Translations under genes and position numbers: made by a program
The notes under the pieces: model-generated
Told to the model about the DNA's origin: nothing
Databases searched by the model: none
What the model saw: only the letters and a program-made list of their open reading frames with translations
Shown: piece after piece, positions 1 through 9,347 of the stretch
Numbering within the stretch: position 1 is the first letter of the stretch
Layout of the letters: each line of letters opens with the position of its first letter
Origin: Gemmatimonadota bacterium
GTDB taxonomy: Bacteria > Gemmatimonadota > Gemmatimonadetes > Longimicrobiales > RSA9
Assembly (NCBI GenBank): GCA_040905425.1
Contig: JBBDRO010000096.1
Location: 3,414 to 18,391 of the forward strand
Direction: 5' to 3'
DNA: 14,978 nucleotides

Positions 1-3000
1 GGCCGTCCAGGTGATCCCCTCCGGTGAGGTGAGCACGGCGCCATTGAAGCCCACCACTACCCAGTAGGACCCGTTCCATGCCACATCTCTGAGGTGGTTC
101 CCGGCGGAGTTCACGAGCGTCCAGTTCTGCCCATCGGGAGAATGCAGGATGGTGCCGGCGTTCCCGACGATCACCCAGTGGTCCCCGTTCCACGCCACGG
201 CGTTGAGGGGAGTGGTGACAGGCCGGCCTACCCGTGCCCATTCAAGCCCGCCCGGGGAACTGAAAATCTCGCCCCGGGTGCTGACGCCTATGATCGCATC
301 GTCTCCGTACGCCACCGCGTGGGGGATTTGCCCATCGACGGGTGCGGTGCTGAACCGGCTGGAGTATACCGTCCAGGTCGTGGGATCAGCCGCGGCGGCG
401 GACCACGCCATCTCACGGTTGTACGTGCCCACCACGATCCAGGAATCCAGGCCGGTGCGCACGGTCACCTTCTCCGCGGCAGCGGCCCCGTTGCCATCCT
501 GAGCGCGGAGCTGGACGTTGTGGATACCGCGGCTGAGCGTTGAGAGAACGGATGTTCCGGTGCCGATGACACCATCGCGGTTGCTGCGCCACTCCAGCGC
601 GGCGCCGCTCAGGGGGCCGTCCTCGGGGTCCACGGCGCTACCCTGGAAGGTGATGGCCGCCGCCTCCGCGAATACGGCGCGATCGGCCGGGGCGGTCAGT
701 GCCACCTCGGGTGCGCGGTTGGGAACATCCAGGTGCTTGCCCGAAATCCGGAAGAGGCGGCTGAAGGTCCGGTAGCCAGGTTCCACGGGCGTCCACGTTG
801 CACCATCGGCGGAGCGGATCACGGTGGTGGAAGACGAGCCGGCCAGCCACGCCGTGCCATCCCATCCTACCGCCTGAAGGTGGGCGCCGGTCCCGCTGGT
901 CCCTGCCGTCCAGGAGACCCCGTCCGTGGTGTAATGCACGGCACCGGCATCCCCCACCACGACGCACTGGCTGCCGCCACACAGCAGGTCCCGGGCGGGG
1001 TACCCGGGAGCGCCCGGCATGGCCTCCCAGATGGTACCGTCCGCGGACGAGTAGAACGGGTCGAAGGAATTTCCGGTGAGGATCCACCGCGCACCGGTCC
1101 ACCCCGCTCGATAGTGTGTGGCGGGAGCGCCCGAGGAAAATGTCTCCCAGGCGGCGCCATCCGTCGAGCGCACCAGATCCCCCTGGTTGGATCCCGCCAG
1201 CAGCCACTGCTGTCCGTTCCACGCAGGGGTGAAAGGCCGTAGCGAACCGCCATCCCGCCGGAGCGTCCAGGTGGCCAGGTCGGCGGAGGTGAAGATTTCC
1301 CTCTCGGCGCTCGACACGGCCACCCACTGGCCGCCGTTCCAGCCGAGATCCGAGAGCGTGTAGAGCCCAGACGTGGGCACACTATCCCACGTGCGACCAT
1401 CGGCAGAACGGAAGAACCAGCCGCCGGCGCTACTGGTCCCACCCACGATCCACTCGGCTCCGGTCCACCAGATCCGGGCCGCGGCAGAAGGTTGCCCTGG
1501 CGTTACCCGCGGCATCCAGTCGACGCCATCAGGTGACGTGAAGATCCGCAGATCGTTAGCGGCATCCCGCCCCACCGCCACCCACTGGGTGGGGCCATCG
1601 ATGACGAGGTGGATCGAGGCGGAATGAGTAGCGCCGTCCGGCTCCTCGACCACCAGCGTGATGCGGTGAATGCCGAAAGCCAGTTCGCTCGTCACGAACG
1701 TGGCACCCGTACCGAGCCTGCCGTCCAGGTCGCTGTACCAGGTGAGGCTGGCGTCCGGCAGGAAGCTCTGGCTCTGCGGATCCCAGCCTTCCCCCGAAAG
1801 TGTCACCGTCTGGCCCTCTTCCAACGTCGTTTCCGAAGCGGGGGAGAGGATCCGTGCCAGCGGTGCGGGGTTCACGGGTACTGGCGTGCTCGTGGCCACC
1901 GGTAGGAGCCAGTCCCAGGGACCAGCATCCCTGGCCTCCCAGGCACCGTTCACCCGTTCCAGGAAGAGCGGCTCGATCGTGCTCCCCACGTCCGTGTAAC
2001 CCACGGCAAAGGTCCGCTGGCCGTCCGAGGCCACGGACGAATACCAGAACACCTGCTCGGTGCCGGCGTACTCGCGCGTCCACTGGGCGCCGTCCGGATC
2101 GGTCGAAACCCAGATGGTGCCGTCCCACGTGGTGGCCACCCACGTGTCTCCGGTCCATGCCAGCGCCACGGGATTGTCCCCACCCAGGCTCCTGTGCTGC
2201 CAATCCGCACCGTCCGGTGAAACCCAGAGGCCGTCAAACGAAGGCGAGATCCAGACCGTGCCGTTCCACGTCAGGTGCTCCATCGCCCGAGGGGCCGGGG
2301 TGTCCAGTTCGAGCCAGGTCAGGGCATCCTCCGACACGCGAAGGGTCTCGCGGCCGACCACTAGCCACTGCGCGCCGTTCCATGCCACACCACTGAGGTT
2401 TTCGGTCGTACCGGACGCAACGGTCTGCCACACGAGCCCGTCCGTGGAGACCAGAATGGTGCCGTCGCGGCCCACCACCACGAACCGGTCCCCGTTCCAT
2501 GCGGCGTCGAACAGATTCTCCGAGGTGGGAAGCGTCACGCGGGTCCACGCCAGGCCGTCTTCGGAGACGAAGATGAAGTTGGAGCCCGACAACGCCAGCC
2601 AGCGACCACCACCGTGGATGAGGCGTTGCCAGTACTCGGCGGTGGTGAAGGTGGCCGCGGCGGTCCACGTTACTCCGTCCGCAGAGTAGTGCGGTCCGTC
2701 CTCCCACGCATCTGCGTCACGCCCGAGGGCCAGCCAGGGGAACTGAGTTCCCACACCCTCCGCCAGGATGCTGAGCACGTCCAGGTCCCCGACCCGGGCA
2801 TGCAGCGTATTCGTTCCCGGAGTGCTGCCCAGGATCCACTCCTGCACGGCCGCGATGCCATCCGCGTCGGTGGTGGCCAACGGGGGCGTCACGGTGCCAC
2901 CTCCACCGGCCACCGTGAACTCCACGTCCACGCCCTCGAGGAGATTGCCAAAGCCATCCGCCACGCGCACCACGGGCACCACGGGAACGGGGCTGCCGGC

Positions 3001-4830
3001 CGGCGCCGACTGGCCGCCGCCAGTCACGAGCACCAGTTCGGCAGGCGCACCCGCCGCCGCTTCGACTTCGAAGAGGACCGGCTCCAATCCGTCGGCACTG
3101 ATCTCCAGGATGTGGGTGCCCGGTGTCTCCCCCAGGACCCACGTGGCAGGCCCCACCTGCCCGTCCTGCTGGGTGCTCACCGTGGACGGATCCACCGATC
3201 CGCCGCCCTGCAGGATCCGCAGCGTGACGGCCACATCGGCCACGGGGGAGCCGCCCGAATCCACCACCCGGACGACGGGCGCCGGCTGCACCGGTTCTCC
3301 CACCCTACCGGTGGGGCCAGCGGCCTGCACCACTTCGATGGCCGTGGCTACCGGCAGAACGGTGACGCCTGCCGTGCCCAGGGCCTCACCGTGCCGAGCC
3401 ATCACGGTGGTGTTTCCGGCGGCAAGGGCACGTACCACGGCCGATGCGCCATCCGCCTCCAGCGCTAGCACGGCACCGTCCGTCACACTCCACTCCACCG
3501 CCGTGCCGGGGAGTTCGGCCCCCCCGGCATCCACCGCGACGGCTACCAGCGTCTGCTCGGCACCAAGGAACGTCAGCGTTGTAGCGTCTGGCAGCACCTG
3601 CACGGCCGCGGCGGTACGTGCCACGACCGCCGGCGCGGAGACCTCCACCTGGTCCACCCGGGCGGTGATCAGCGCCTCTCCATCCGCCACCGCCTCGAAA
3701 ATCCCCGGTTCCTGCATGGCCACCACCCCGGGGGCGGACGTGGACCAGGCCGCCTGGACGTGGGATATGGAGTGGTCATTTCGGTCCCAGGCTGCCACCG
3801 TGCCGTGCAGCCGCTGCCCCAGATAGCCGAAACGGAACTCGGCCGGCGTGATCTCGAGTCGCACCGGCTTCTGCGTGACGCGCACCGGCACGCGCGCTTC
3901 CACGTCGGGAGTCCCCGCCACCCCGATTACCACTTCACCCTCCCCCACGGCCAGGGTGCGGAACGTCCCCTCCCCCGTACTCTCGAGGAGGCCTGCCGGT
4001 GAGACCACCCAGGTCAGGCTCCGCCCGGAGACCAGCGCGCCGCGGGGGTCCACGGGCTCTGCCCCTATCCGTATCTCCGCGCCCAGAGCATCCGCCTCCA
4101 CCGCGGCAACGTCCGTGCGGATCTCCGCCACCCGCTGCAGCACGGTCACGATGGCGGTGGCGGAGTGCGCACCCACCTCCACCACGATACGTGCTTCCCC
4201 CGGGAGGAGGCCGCGGACGGTGCCGTCCCCGTCCACGGTAGCTACGTCGGGATCCAGGGTGCCCCAGAACGGCACGATCCCCGCGGGGCCTTCCACCTGC
4301 GCCGAGAGCGTGCGCTCCTGGCCTTCCTCGAATGCCAGCTCCGTGGGCTCCACCCGGACGGATTTCACGTCGAGGTTGGCGGGCGGCCCCCTGAACAAGA
4401 CCAAGGCGGCTATCCGCCGCTGATTGCTGGCGGTGGGAAGGTAGGGCCCGCCTCGTCCGCTCCACTCCACGGTCGGCGTCTCCCCCTCCGTGCTGATGAG
4501 CTCGGCCAGGACGTAAATTTCCGTCACGTGCGGAGGCACCGGCACGCTCAGGGGGAGCTCCCATGTTTCGGCATCGGGATCGACCTCGATCTCGGTTCGC
4601 ACCAGAACCGTCTGCCCGGACGTACCCGTGGCCGTGAGGCGAATGCGCCGGATGGGAGCACCGTGCCCGGTCACGGAGGGCGCGTAGGCTGGCGCGAGGT
4701 CGAGCTGGAGCGAGCGGTGGGCGCCCGGGTCACCCGGACCGGCCGGCCCGTCTCCATCGGCACAGGAGAGGAGCAGGGCCCCGACAGCAAGGACGCAGGT
4801 GACGATACGGGGTCGAAGTGAGGTATGCAT
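1..4830 (-). CDS. Giant surface lipoprotein (>1610 aa, 3' end outside window): lipoprotein signal, ~4 Big_2-like Ig domains, 2 Big_1/invasin-like domains, then alternating Asp-box (BNR-like) beta-propellers and PKD/Ig-like domains
   Basis: Manual translation of the minus frame from ATG 4830 is open to position 1. It starts MHTSLRPRIVTCVLAVGALLLS-C (lipobox-like Cys23). Big_2-like segments include FWGTLDPDVATVDGDGTVRGLLPGEARI. Big_1-like segments are PVVRVVDSGGSPVADVAVTL...WVLGETPG and PVVRVADGFGNLLEGVDVEF...WILGSTPG. There are many S-x-D-G-x-x-W repeats alternating with WNG motifs. Absent from the ORF track because there is no stop in the window. Confidence 0.93.
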   Translation of the reverse strand, partial: MHTSLRPRIVTCVLAVGALLLSCADGDGPAGPGDPGAHRSLQLDLAPAYAPSVTGHGAPIRRIRLTATGTSGQTVLVRTEIEVDPDAETWELPLSVPVPPHVTEIYVLAELISTEGETPTVEWSGRGGPYLPTASNQRRIAALVLFRGPPANLDVKSVRVEPTELAFEEGQERTLSAQVEGPAGIVPFWGTLDPDVATVDGDGTVRGLLPGEARIVVEVGAHSATAIVTVLQRVAEIRTDVAAVEADALGAEIRIGAEPVDPRGALVSGRSLTWVVSPAGLLESTGEGTFRTLAVGEGEVVIGVAGTPDVEARVPVRVTQKPVRLEITPAEFRFGYLGQRLHGTVAAWDRNDHSISHVQAAWSTSAPGVVAMQEPGIFEAVADGEALITARVDQVEVSAPAVVARTAAAVQVLPDATTLTFLGAEQTLVAVAVDAGGAELPGTAVEWSVTDGAVLALEADGASAVVRALAAGNTTVMARHGEALGTAGVTVLPVATAIEVVQAAGPTGRVGEPVQPAPVVRVVDSGGSPVADVAVTLRILQGGGSVDPSTVSTQQDGQVGPATWVLGETPGTHILEISADGLEPVLFEVEAAAGAPAELVLVTGGGQSAPAGSPVPVVPVVRVADGFGNLLEGVDVEFTVAGGGGTVTPPLATTDADGIAAVQEWILGSTPGTNTLHARVGDLDVLSILAEGVGTQFPWLALGRDADAWEDGPHYSADGVTWTAAATFTTAEYWQRLIHGGGRWLALSGSNFIFVSEDGLAWTRVTLPTSENLFDAAWNGDRFVVVGRDGTILVSTDGLVWQTVASGTTENLSGVAWNGAQWLVVGRETLRVSEDALTWLELDTPAPRAMEHLTWNGTVWISPSFDGLWVSPDGADWQHRSLGGDNPVALAWTGDTWVATTWDGTIWVSTDPDGAQWTREYAGTEQVFWYSSVASDGQRTFAVGYTDVGSTIEPLFLERVNGAWEARDAGPWDWLLPVATSTPVPVNPAPLARILSPASETTLEEGQTVTLSGEGWDPQSQSFLPDASLTWYSDLDGRLGTGATFVTSELAFGIHRITLVVEEPDGATHSASIHLVIDGPTQWVAVGRDAANDLRIFTSPDGVDWMPRVTPGQPSAAARIWWTGAEWIVGGTSSAGGWFFRSADGRTWDSVPTSGLYTLSDLGWNGGQWVAVSSAEREIFTSADLATWTLRRDGGSLRPFTPAWNGQQWLLAGSNQGDLVRSTDGAAWETFSSGAPATHYRAGWTGARWILTGNSFDPFYSSADGTIWEAMPGAPGYPARDLLCGGSQCVVVGDAGAVHYTTDGVSWTAGTSGTGAHLQAVGWDGTAWLAGSSSTTVIRSADGATWTPVEPGYRTFSRLFRISGKHLDVPNRAPEVALTAPADRAVFAEAAAITFQGSAVDPEDGPLSGAALEWRSNRDGVIGTGTSVLSTLSRGIHNVQLRAQDGNGAAAAEKVTVRTGLDSWIVVGTYNREMAWSAAAADPTTWTVYSSRFSTAPVDGQIPHAVAYGDDAIIGVSTRGEIFSSPGGLEWARVGRPVTTPLNAVAWNGDHWVIVGNAGTILHSPDGQNWTLVNSAGNHLRDVAWNGSYWVVVGFNGAVLTSPEGITWTA

Positions 4831-4885
4831 GGCGGTTGGCCGGAGCGAGGAGTTCAGCGGGAATGGGTTGCGCGTAACAAAGCCA

Positions 4886-4914
4886 ATACCATGCGCCGCT
4901 CACTGCGTTGTCAA
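4886..4914 (-). promoter_or_regulatory. Possible sigma70-type promoter for the giant lipoprotein gene
   Basis: Minus strand TTGACA (4914-4909), 17 nt spacer, then TGGTAT. Perfect -35 but weak -10, about 55 nt upstream of ATG 4830. Confidence 0.3.
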
Positions 4915-5041
4915 GGACTTCGTGCTCGGAGGCGCCAGGGGCGAACGGATGGCTGCGGCGCTGATCCACCCCACGCCGCCCCCCGAAGCCAACGCCCCCG
5001 CCGCGGAGAGAAAGAGCGCGGGGAGCTTCGAGACGACGCAG

Positions 5042-6355
5042 TCAGGCGATGGGTGAATCCGGCAGGGCTGACGCCGCCGGTCCGCTCGCGGTGCGGGTGC
5101 CGAGTCGCCGCATGATCACGGCCCGTGCGGGGGCGAAGCCGAGCGCGATCGTGCCTCCCGCAATCCAGGAGCCGAGGCTCGGTGGGAAGCCGAGCCGCGC
5201 TGCGAGCACGTCGGCTACCACATTCTCGATGCCGGCGAACGTGAAGAGCAGCGCAGCGCTCAACAGGCCGTAGAGCGTGGTGTGGCGGATCATCAGGCCG
5301 GGATCGAGCGCGCCGCGAAAGAACACGGCGAAGGCAGTGCCGCAGAGGAACGCCAGCAGCGCGGCGGGAAGCGTCAGCAACAGCCAGTCCTCGAGCGACC
5401 AGCCCGCCCAGCCCGCGACCATCTCGATGATGGTGCCGAGCAGCACGATCCACCCACCGGCTGCGATACCTTCCACGATCCACAGCATCCTGCGCCGCTC
5501 GTCCGCGCTCGCCGCCTTGTAATTGGCCAGGCTGAACGTCAGTCCCACACCGGCCGTCACCATCACGAGGATCGTGAGATAGGCAACCATGAGTGCCAGC
5601 GTCGGCAGCTCGCCTCGCAAGGCCGCGGGCAGGAGCGGCCACACCACAGCCACGCCCGCCGGTATGATGCCAAGCAGCCAGATCCTGCGGGACCGAAAGA
5701 ATTCCAGCAGTTGCTCACGCTTTTCACGATCCGTGCTGAACCCGCGGCGTGCCGCGGTGCGCAGCGAACCCAGCCACGCCGGCTGTACCGACCGTACGCG
5801 ACGCGCCGGCCGCGTGAGCACGTAGTCGGCCGCCCGCTCCAGTACCGCGAGTGACCCGACCGTGCCCCCGGGAGCGTCTGCCAGTTCGACTTCGTGTATT
5901 CGTAATGTGCGCGGATAGAATACGCTGAAGCGCGCGAACGCAGCCGCCATGAGGCCCGGAACGGCCATGAGCAGCGGGCGGAGGAACGCCTGCACGAGGC
6001 GATCGTCGCGCAGCGCCTGGTACCACGCCGGTCCTCGAGTCGGTGCGACCAGCACCAGGCCGATCAGCACGCACAGCAGCACAGGTATCAGGGCGAATTC
6101 GCGGGCTCCGCGGTCGAGTCGCAGGCGCCAGACCATCACGATACCGAGCGCGCCCGCGAACAGCCCCGCCCCGTGCAGCCCGAATTCGAAAATGCGGAGC
6201 GCCAGCCGGTCCGGGCGCATGGGTGGCAGGCTGGCGAGGTGCACCAGACTCGCGAACGCGCCTATGGCAACCAGGGTCGTCAGAATGATGGGAGCGGCAA
6301 GGCGTCCTGCGCGCTGGAGCAGCATTTCCTCCCGCTCGTAGAATAGGAAGTTCAT
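5042..6355 (-). CDS. Polytopic membrane protein resembling the N-terminal multi-TM sensor region of membrane signalling proteins, with no catalytic domain
   Basis: 437 aa ORF with about 9-10 hydrophobic segments. The C-terminal pattern ERRRMLWI...AFAVFFRGALDPGLMIRHTTLYGLL...ALGFAPARAVIMRRL resembles TM input regions that usually precede HisKA/GAF/cyclase domains. Start is uncertain: ATG 6355 (inside repeat copy 1) or ATG 6325 (after GGGAGG). Confidence 0.75.
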   Translation of the reverse strand: MNFLFYEREEMLLQRAGRLAAPIILTTLVAIGAFASLVHLASLPPMRPDRLALRIFEFGLHGAGLFAGALGIVMVWRLRLDRGAREFALIPVLLCVLIGLVLVAPTRGPAWYQALRDDRLVQAFLRPLLMAVPGLMAAAFARFSVFYPRTLRIHEVELADAPGGTVGSLAVLERAADYVLTRPARRVRSVQPAWLGSLRTAARRGFSTDREKREQLLEFFRSRRIWLLGIIPAGVAVVWPLLPAALRGELPTLALMVAYLTILVMVTAGVGLTFSLANYKAASADERRRMLWIVEGIAAGGWIVLLGTIIEMVAGWAGWSLEDWLLLTLPAALLAFLCGTAFAVFFRGALDPGLMIRHTTLYGLLSAALLFTFAGIENVVADVLAARLGFPPSLGSWIAGGTIALGFAPARAVIMRRLGTRTASGPAASALPDSPIA

Positions 6356-6391
6356 CCCACCTTGTCATCTTCGAGCCAAGGTAGGGCAGCG
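6340..6391. repeat. Dispersed intergenic element, copy 1
   Basis: AGAATAGGAAGTTCATCCCACCTTGTCATCTTCGAGCCAAGGTAGGGCAGCG matches copy 2 at 40/52 positions without gaps. Confidence 0.8.
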
Positions 6392-6449
6392 TGCTGGCAC
6401 GGGACAATGGCTCTGTAGGCGGGCGTCGGGGGTGGCGCCGGAATGCAGC

Positions 6450-7505
6450 CTACCGGAACTCCTCCATCAGCCGGTCCAGCTCCGCTTCACCGGGACACAG
6501 CGTGTCGAACGGGAGGTCCGTGAGGGGTTCCTCGACCGTGCCCAGGACGTCGTGCATGTCGCCCGCCCCGGGCTCGATGAAGAGCAGCCCGGTGGGCACC
6601 TCGCCGACGTCCTGCCGCTCCCGGAGGTAGCGGTACACTACGTCCCTGCGGGTAGGGTCGAACGCGTCCGGCACCTTCCGGAAGCGGACCCGGCTGCCGT
6701 CGTGCATGGCCACGTCCCGCACCTCGCCTTCGGCATAGTCCACGGAGATGGCGGCCCGGAGCGGGACGAAATCGGCCTCCACCACCGGCCGGTTCTGCTG
6801 TCGGGTGTACCGATAGCTCTTGGTCGACGCTTCGTGGTCGTTGAAGGTCACGCACGGGGAGATGATGTCCACCAGCGCGAAGCCCCTGTGCCGGATGGCC
6901 GCTTTCAGGATCGGCACGAGCTGGGCCTTGTCACCGGAGAACGACCGGGCAACGAAGGTGGCGCCCAGCGTCAGGGCCAGGAACACCGGGTCGATGGGCG
7001 TCTGCCGGTTCGCCTCGCCCTTCTTCGACTTCGAGCCCACGTCCGCGGATGCCGAGAACTGCCCCTTCGTCAGCCCGTAGACGCCGTTGTTCTCCAGCAC
7101 GTAGAGCATGTCCACGTTCCTGCGGATGGCGTGGCAGAGGTGCCCGAGCCCGATGGACAGGGAATCACCGTCACCCGAGACGCCGATGTAGGTCAGGCCC
7201 GCGTTGGCCGCCTGTGCGCCCGTGGCCAGGGCCGGCATGCGGCCGTGTACGCCGTTGAACCCGTGGGCCGTGCCGAGGAAGTACGTGGGCGTCTTGGCGC
7301 TGCACCCGATCCCGCTCAGCTTGGCCACGCGGTGAGGCGGGATCTCGAGCTGGAAGAACGTGTCGACGATTGCGGCGGTCACCGAGTCGTGCCCACACCC
7401 CGCGCACAGCGTGGACATGGATCCCTCGTAGTCCAGCCGCGTGAGGCCGAGGGCGTTGGTCTCCCGTTTCGGGAACCGGATCCGGGGCTTCGGGATGTAT
7501 GTCAT
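6450..7505 (-). CDS. korB: 2-oxoacid:ferredoxin oxidoreductase beta subunit
   Basis: LCAGCGH, SGIGCS, HGR and the TPP-binding GDGD...LENNGVYGLTKGQ motif, plus SPCVTFN. The start overlaps the alpha subunit stop (ATGA). Substrate specificity cannot be determined from sequence. Confidence 0.95.
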   Translation of the reverse strand: MTYIPKPRIRFPKRETNALGLTRLDYEGSMSTLCAGCGHDSVTAAIVDTFFQLEIPPHRVAKLSGIGCSAKTPTYFLGTAHGFNGVHGRMPALATGAQAANAGLTYIGVSGDGDSLSIGLGHLCHAIRRNVDMLYVLENNGVYGLTKGQFSASADVGSKSKKGEANRQTPIDPVFLALTLGATFVARSFSGDKAQLVPILKAAIRHRGFALVDIISPCVTFNDHEASTKSYRYTRQQNRPVVEADFVPLRAAISVDYAEGEVRDVAMHDGSRVRFRKVPDAFDPTRRDVVYRYLRERQDVGEVPTGLLFIEPGAGDMHDVLGTVEEPLTDLPFDTLCPGEAELDRLMEEFR

Positions 7506-9346
7506 TCGCCCGCGGCCTGGAGCGGCGGCGGCGCGGGGGCGGCGGCGAGGCCGAGGGCATCGAGGACGGCGGTGACGACGGGGCCGGGCGAGAGCGGCTG
7601 ACCGCCGTAGAAGCGCAGCGGCTCCATCCGCTCCAGCGGCACGCCGGTCTCGCCTGCCAGGAGGAAGCGGAGCTGGGCGTCCCTGTTCTGCTCGACGACG
7701 AACACGCGCTCGTGAGCCTCGACGAACTCCCGCGCGGCGCTATGGAACGGGAACGCCCGGACCCTTAGCACGTCCGTGGCCACGCCCGCGGCCGCCAGCC
7801 GCTCGCGTGCCTCGAGGACCGCGCTCCGGCACCCGCCGATGGTCACGAGCCCCACGGTGGCGCCCGGGGAGCGGACCACCTCGGGGGCCGGTGACGACGC
7901 CGTGGAACTCATCACCTTGTCGGCAATCCGATCCACCACCTCGAGGTAGGCCTCGGCGTCCTCCGTGTACCGGGCGTGGCTGTCGTGCCCGGAGCCACGC
8001 GTGAAGTACGCGCCTCGGGGGTGGACGCCGGGGAGGGTGCGGTAGGGGACGTGGTCGCCATCCACGTCCAGGTAGCGGGCCACCTTCGCCCCGGCCTCGA
8101 GCTCCTCCGCGGACAGCACCTTGCCGCGGTCGGGGCGGTAGCGGTCATCCCAGCGGAGCCGGGGCACCACCCAGTCGTTCATGCCGATGTCCAGGTCCGA
8201 GACCACGAACACCGGCGTCTGGTACCGCTCGGCCAGGTCGAACGCGGCCACCGCGAACTCGAAGCACTCCGCCGGGTCCGCCGGGAACAGCGCAATGTGC
8301 TTGGTGTCTCCGTGGGAGGCATAGACCACCGCGAGCAGGTCCCCCTGCTGGGTCCGGGTCGGCATCCCCGTGCTCGGACCGGTCCGCTGGATGTCGAAGA
8401 AGACCGCCGGGATCTCGGCGTAGTACGCCAGGCCGATGAACTCGCCCATCAGGGAGATCCCCGGGCCGCTCGTGGCCGTGAACGCGCGGGCGCCCATCCA
8501 ACCGGCGCCGATCACCATGCCGGCCGCCGCCAGCTCGTCCTCCGCCTGGACGACGGCCGCGCGCATCCGCCCCGTCTCCGGGTCCTTCCGGTAGCGCTCC
8601 ACGAACGCGCGGAACGCGTCCACCAGCGACGTGCTGGGCGTGATGGGGTACCAGCCCACCACGGTGGCCCCCGCGTAGATGCAGCCGAGGGCGGCCGCCG
8701 TGTTCCCGTCGATCAGTACGGCGTCGTCGTTCGACGCCTGGCGCAGCAGCCGGATGGGGAGCGGGCAGTCGAACCGGTCGCGCGCCTCGTCACGCCCCAG
8801 CTGGAGCGCCTCGAAGTTGGCGTCCAGCAGCTGCTTCTTCCGGCCGTACGTCTCGGTGATCAACCCCTCGATGACGTCGGGCTCCACGTCCAGCAGGACC
8901 GAAAGGGCGCCCAGGTAGGCTATGTTCCGGAGCAGCGTCCGAGCCCGTGCACCCTCGAACCGCTCGTTGCACAGCCGCGCGAACGGGATCCCCAGCAGCG
9001 TCACGTCCTCGCGCCGGGCTTCCCGCTGGAGCGGCCAGCTCGAGTCGGCGAGCACCCAGCCCCCCGGCACCACGTCCGCCACGTCCCGCATCTGCGTGGC
9101 CGGATTCAGCGCCACCATCAGGTCCGGCCGCTCCGCCCGCGCCGTCCACCCGCTCCCGTTCACCCGGATCTCGTACCACGTGGGAAGGCCCTGGATGTTC
9201 GACGGGAACAGGTTCTTCCCCGAGACGGGGATCCCCATCCGGAAGATGGCCTGCATCAGCAGCCCGTTGGCGCTCGCCGAGCCCGTACCGTTGACGGTGG
9301 CGATCTTCAGCGCGAAATCGTTGACCCGCTCCCCAGCGCTATCCAT
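7502..9346 (-). CDS. korA: 2-oxoacid:acceptor oxidoreductase alpha subunit (fused gamma-alpha)
   Basis: N-terminal gamma-type domain (TVNGTGSASAN, FPSNIQG), then YPITPS, QAEDELAA, TATSGPG, QRTGPSTGMPT and VEQN motifs. Confidence 0.95.
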   Translation of the reverse strand: MDSAGERVNDFALKIATVNGTGSASANGLLMQAIFRMGIPVSGKNLFPSNIQGLPTWYEIRVNGSGWTARAERPDLMVALNPATQMRDVADVVPGGWVLADSSWPLQREARREDVTLLGIPFARLCNERFEGARARTLLRNIAYLGALSVLLDVEPDVIEGLITETYGRKKQLLDANFEALQLGRDEARDRFDCPLPIRLLRQASNDDAVLIDGNTAAALGCIYAGATVVGWYPITPSTSLVDAFRAFVERYRKDPETGRMRAAVVQAEDELAAAGMVIGAGWMGARAFTATSGPGISLMGEFIGLAYYAEIPAVFFDIQRTGPSTGMPTRTQQGDLLAVVYASHGDTKHIALFPADPAECFEFAVAAFDLAERYQTPVFVVSDLDIGMNDWVVPRLRWDDRYRPDRGKVLSAEELEAGAKVARYLDVDGDHVPYRTLPGVHPRGAYFTRGSGHDSHARYTEDAEAYLEVVDRIADKVMSSTASSPAPEVVRSPGATVGLVTIGGCRSAVLEARERLAAAGVATDVLRVRAFPFHSAAREFVEAHERVFVVEQNRDAQLRFLLAGETGVPLERMEPLRFYGGQPLSPGPVVTAVLDALGLAAAPAPPPLQAAGE

Positions 9347-9347
9347 G

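Noticed and set aside
94..4821. Numerous overlapping ORFs in the track on both strands
   Set aside because: They are shadow frames of the giant minus-strand lipoprotein gene, with Arg/Pro/Ser-rich composition and no motifs.
6415..6453. GTAGGC...GCCTAC inverted repeat after korB as terminator or REP
   Set aside because: Interrupted stem, no U-tract, single copy.
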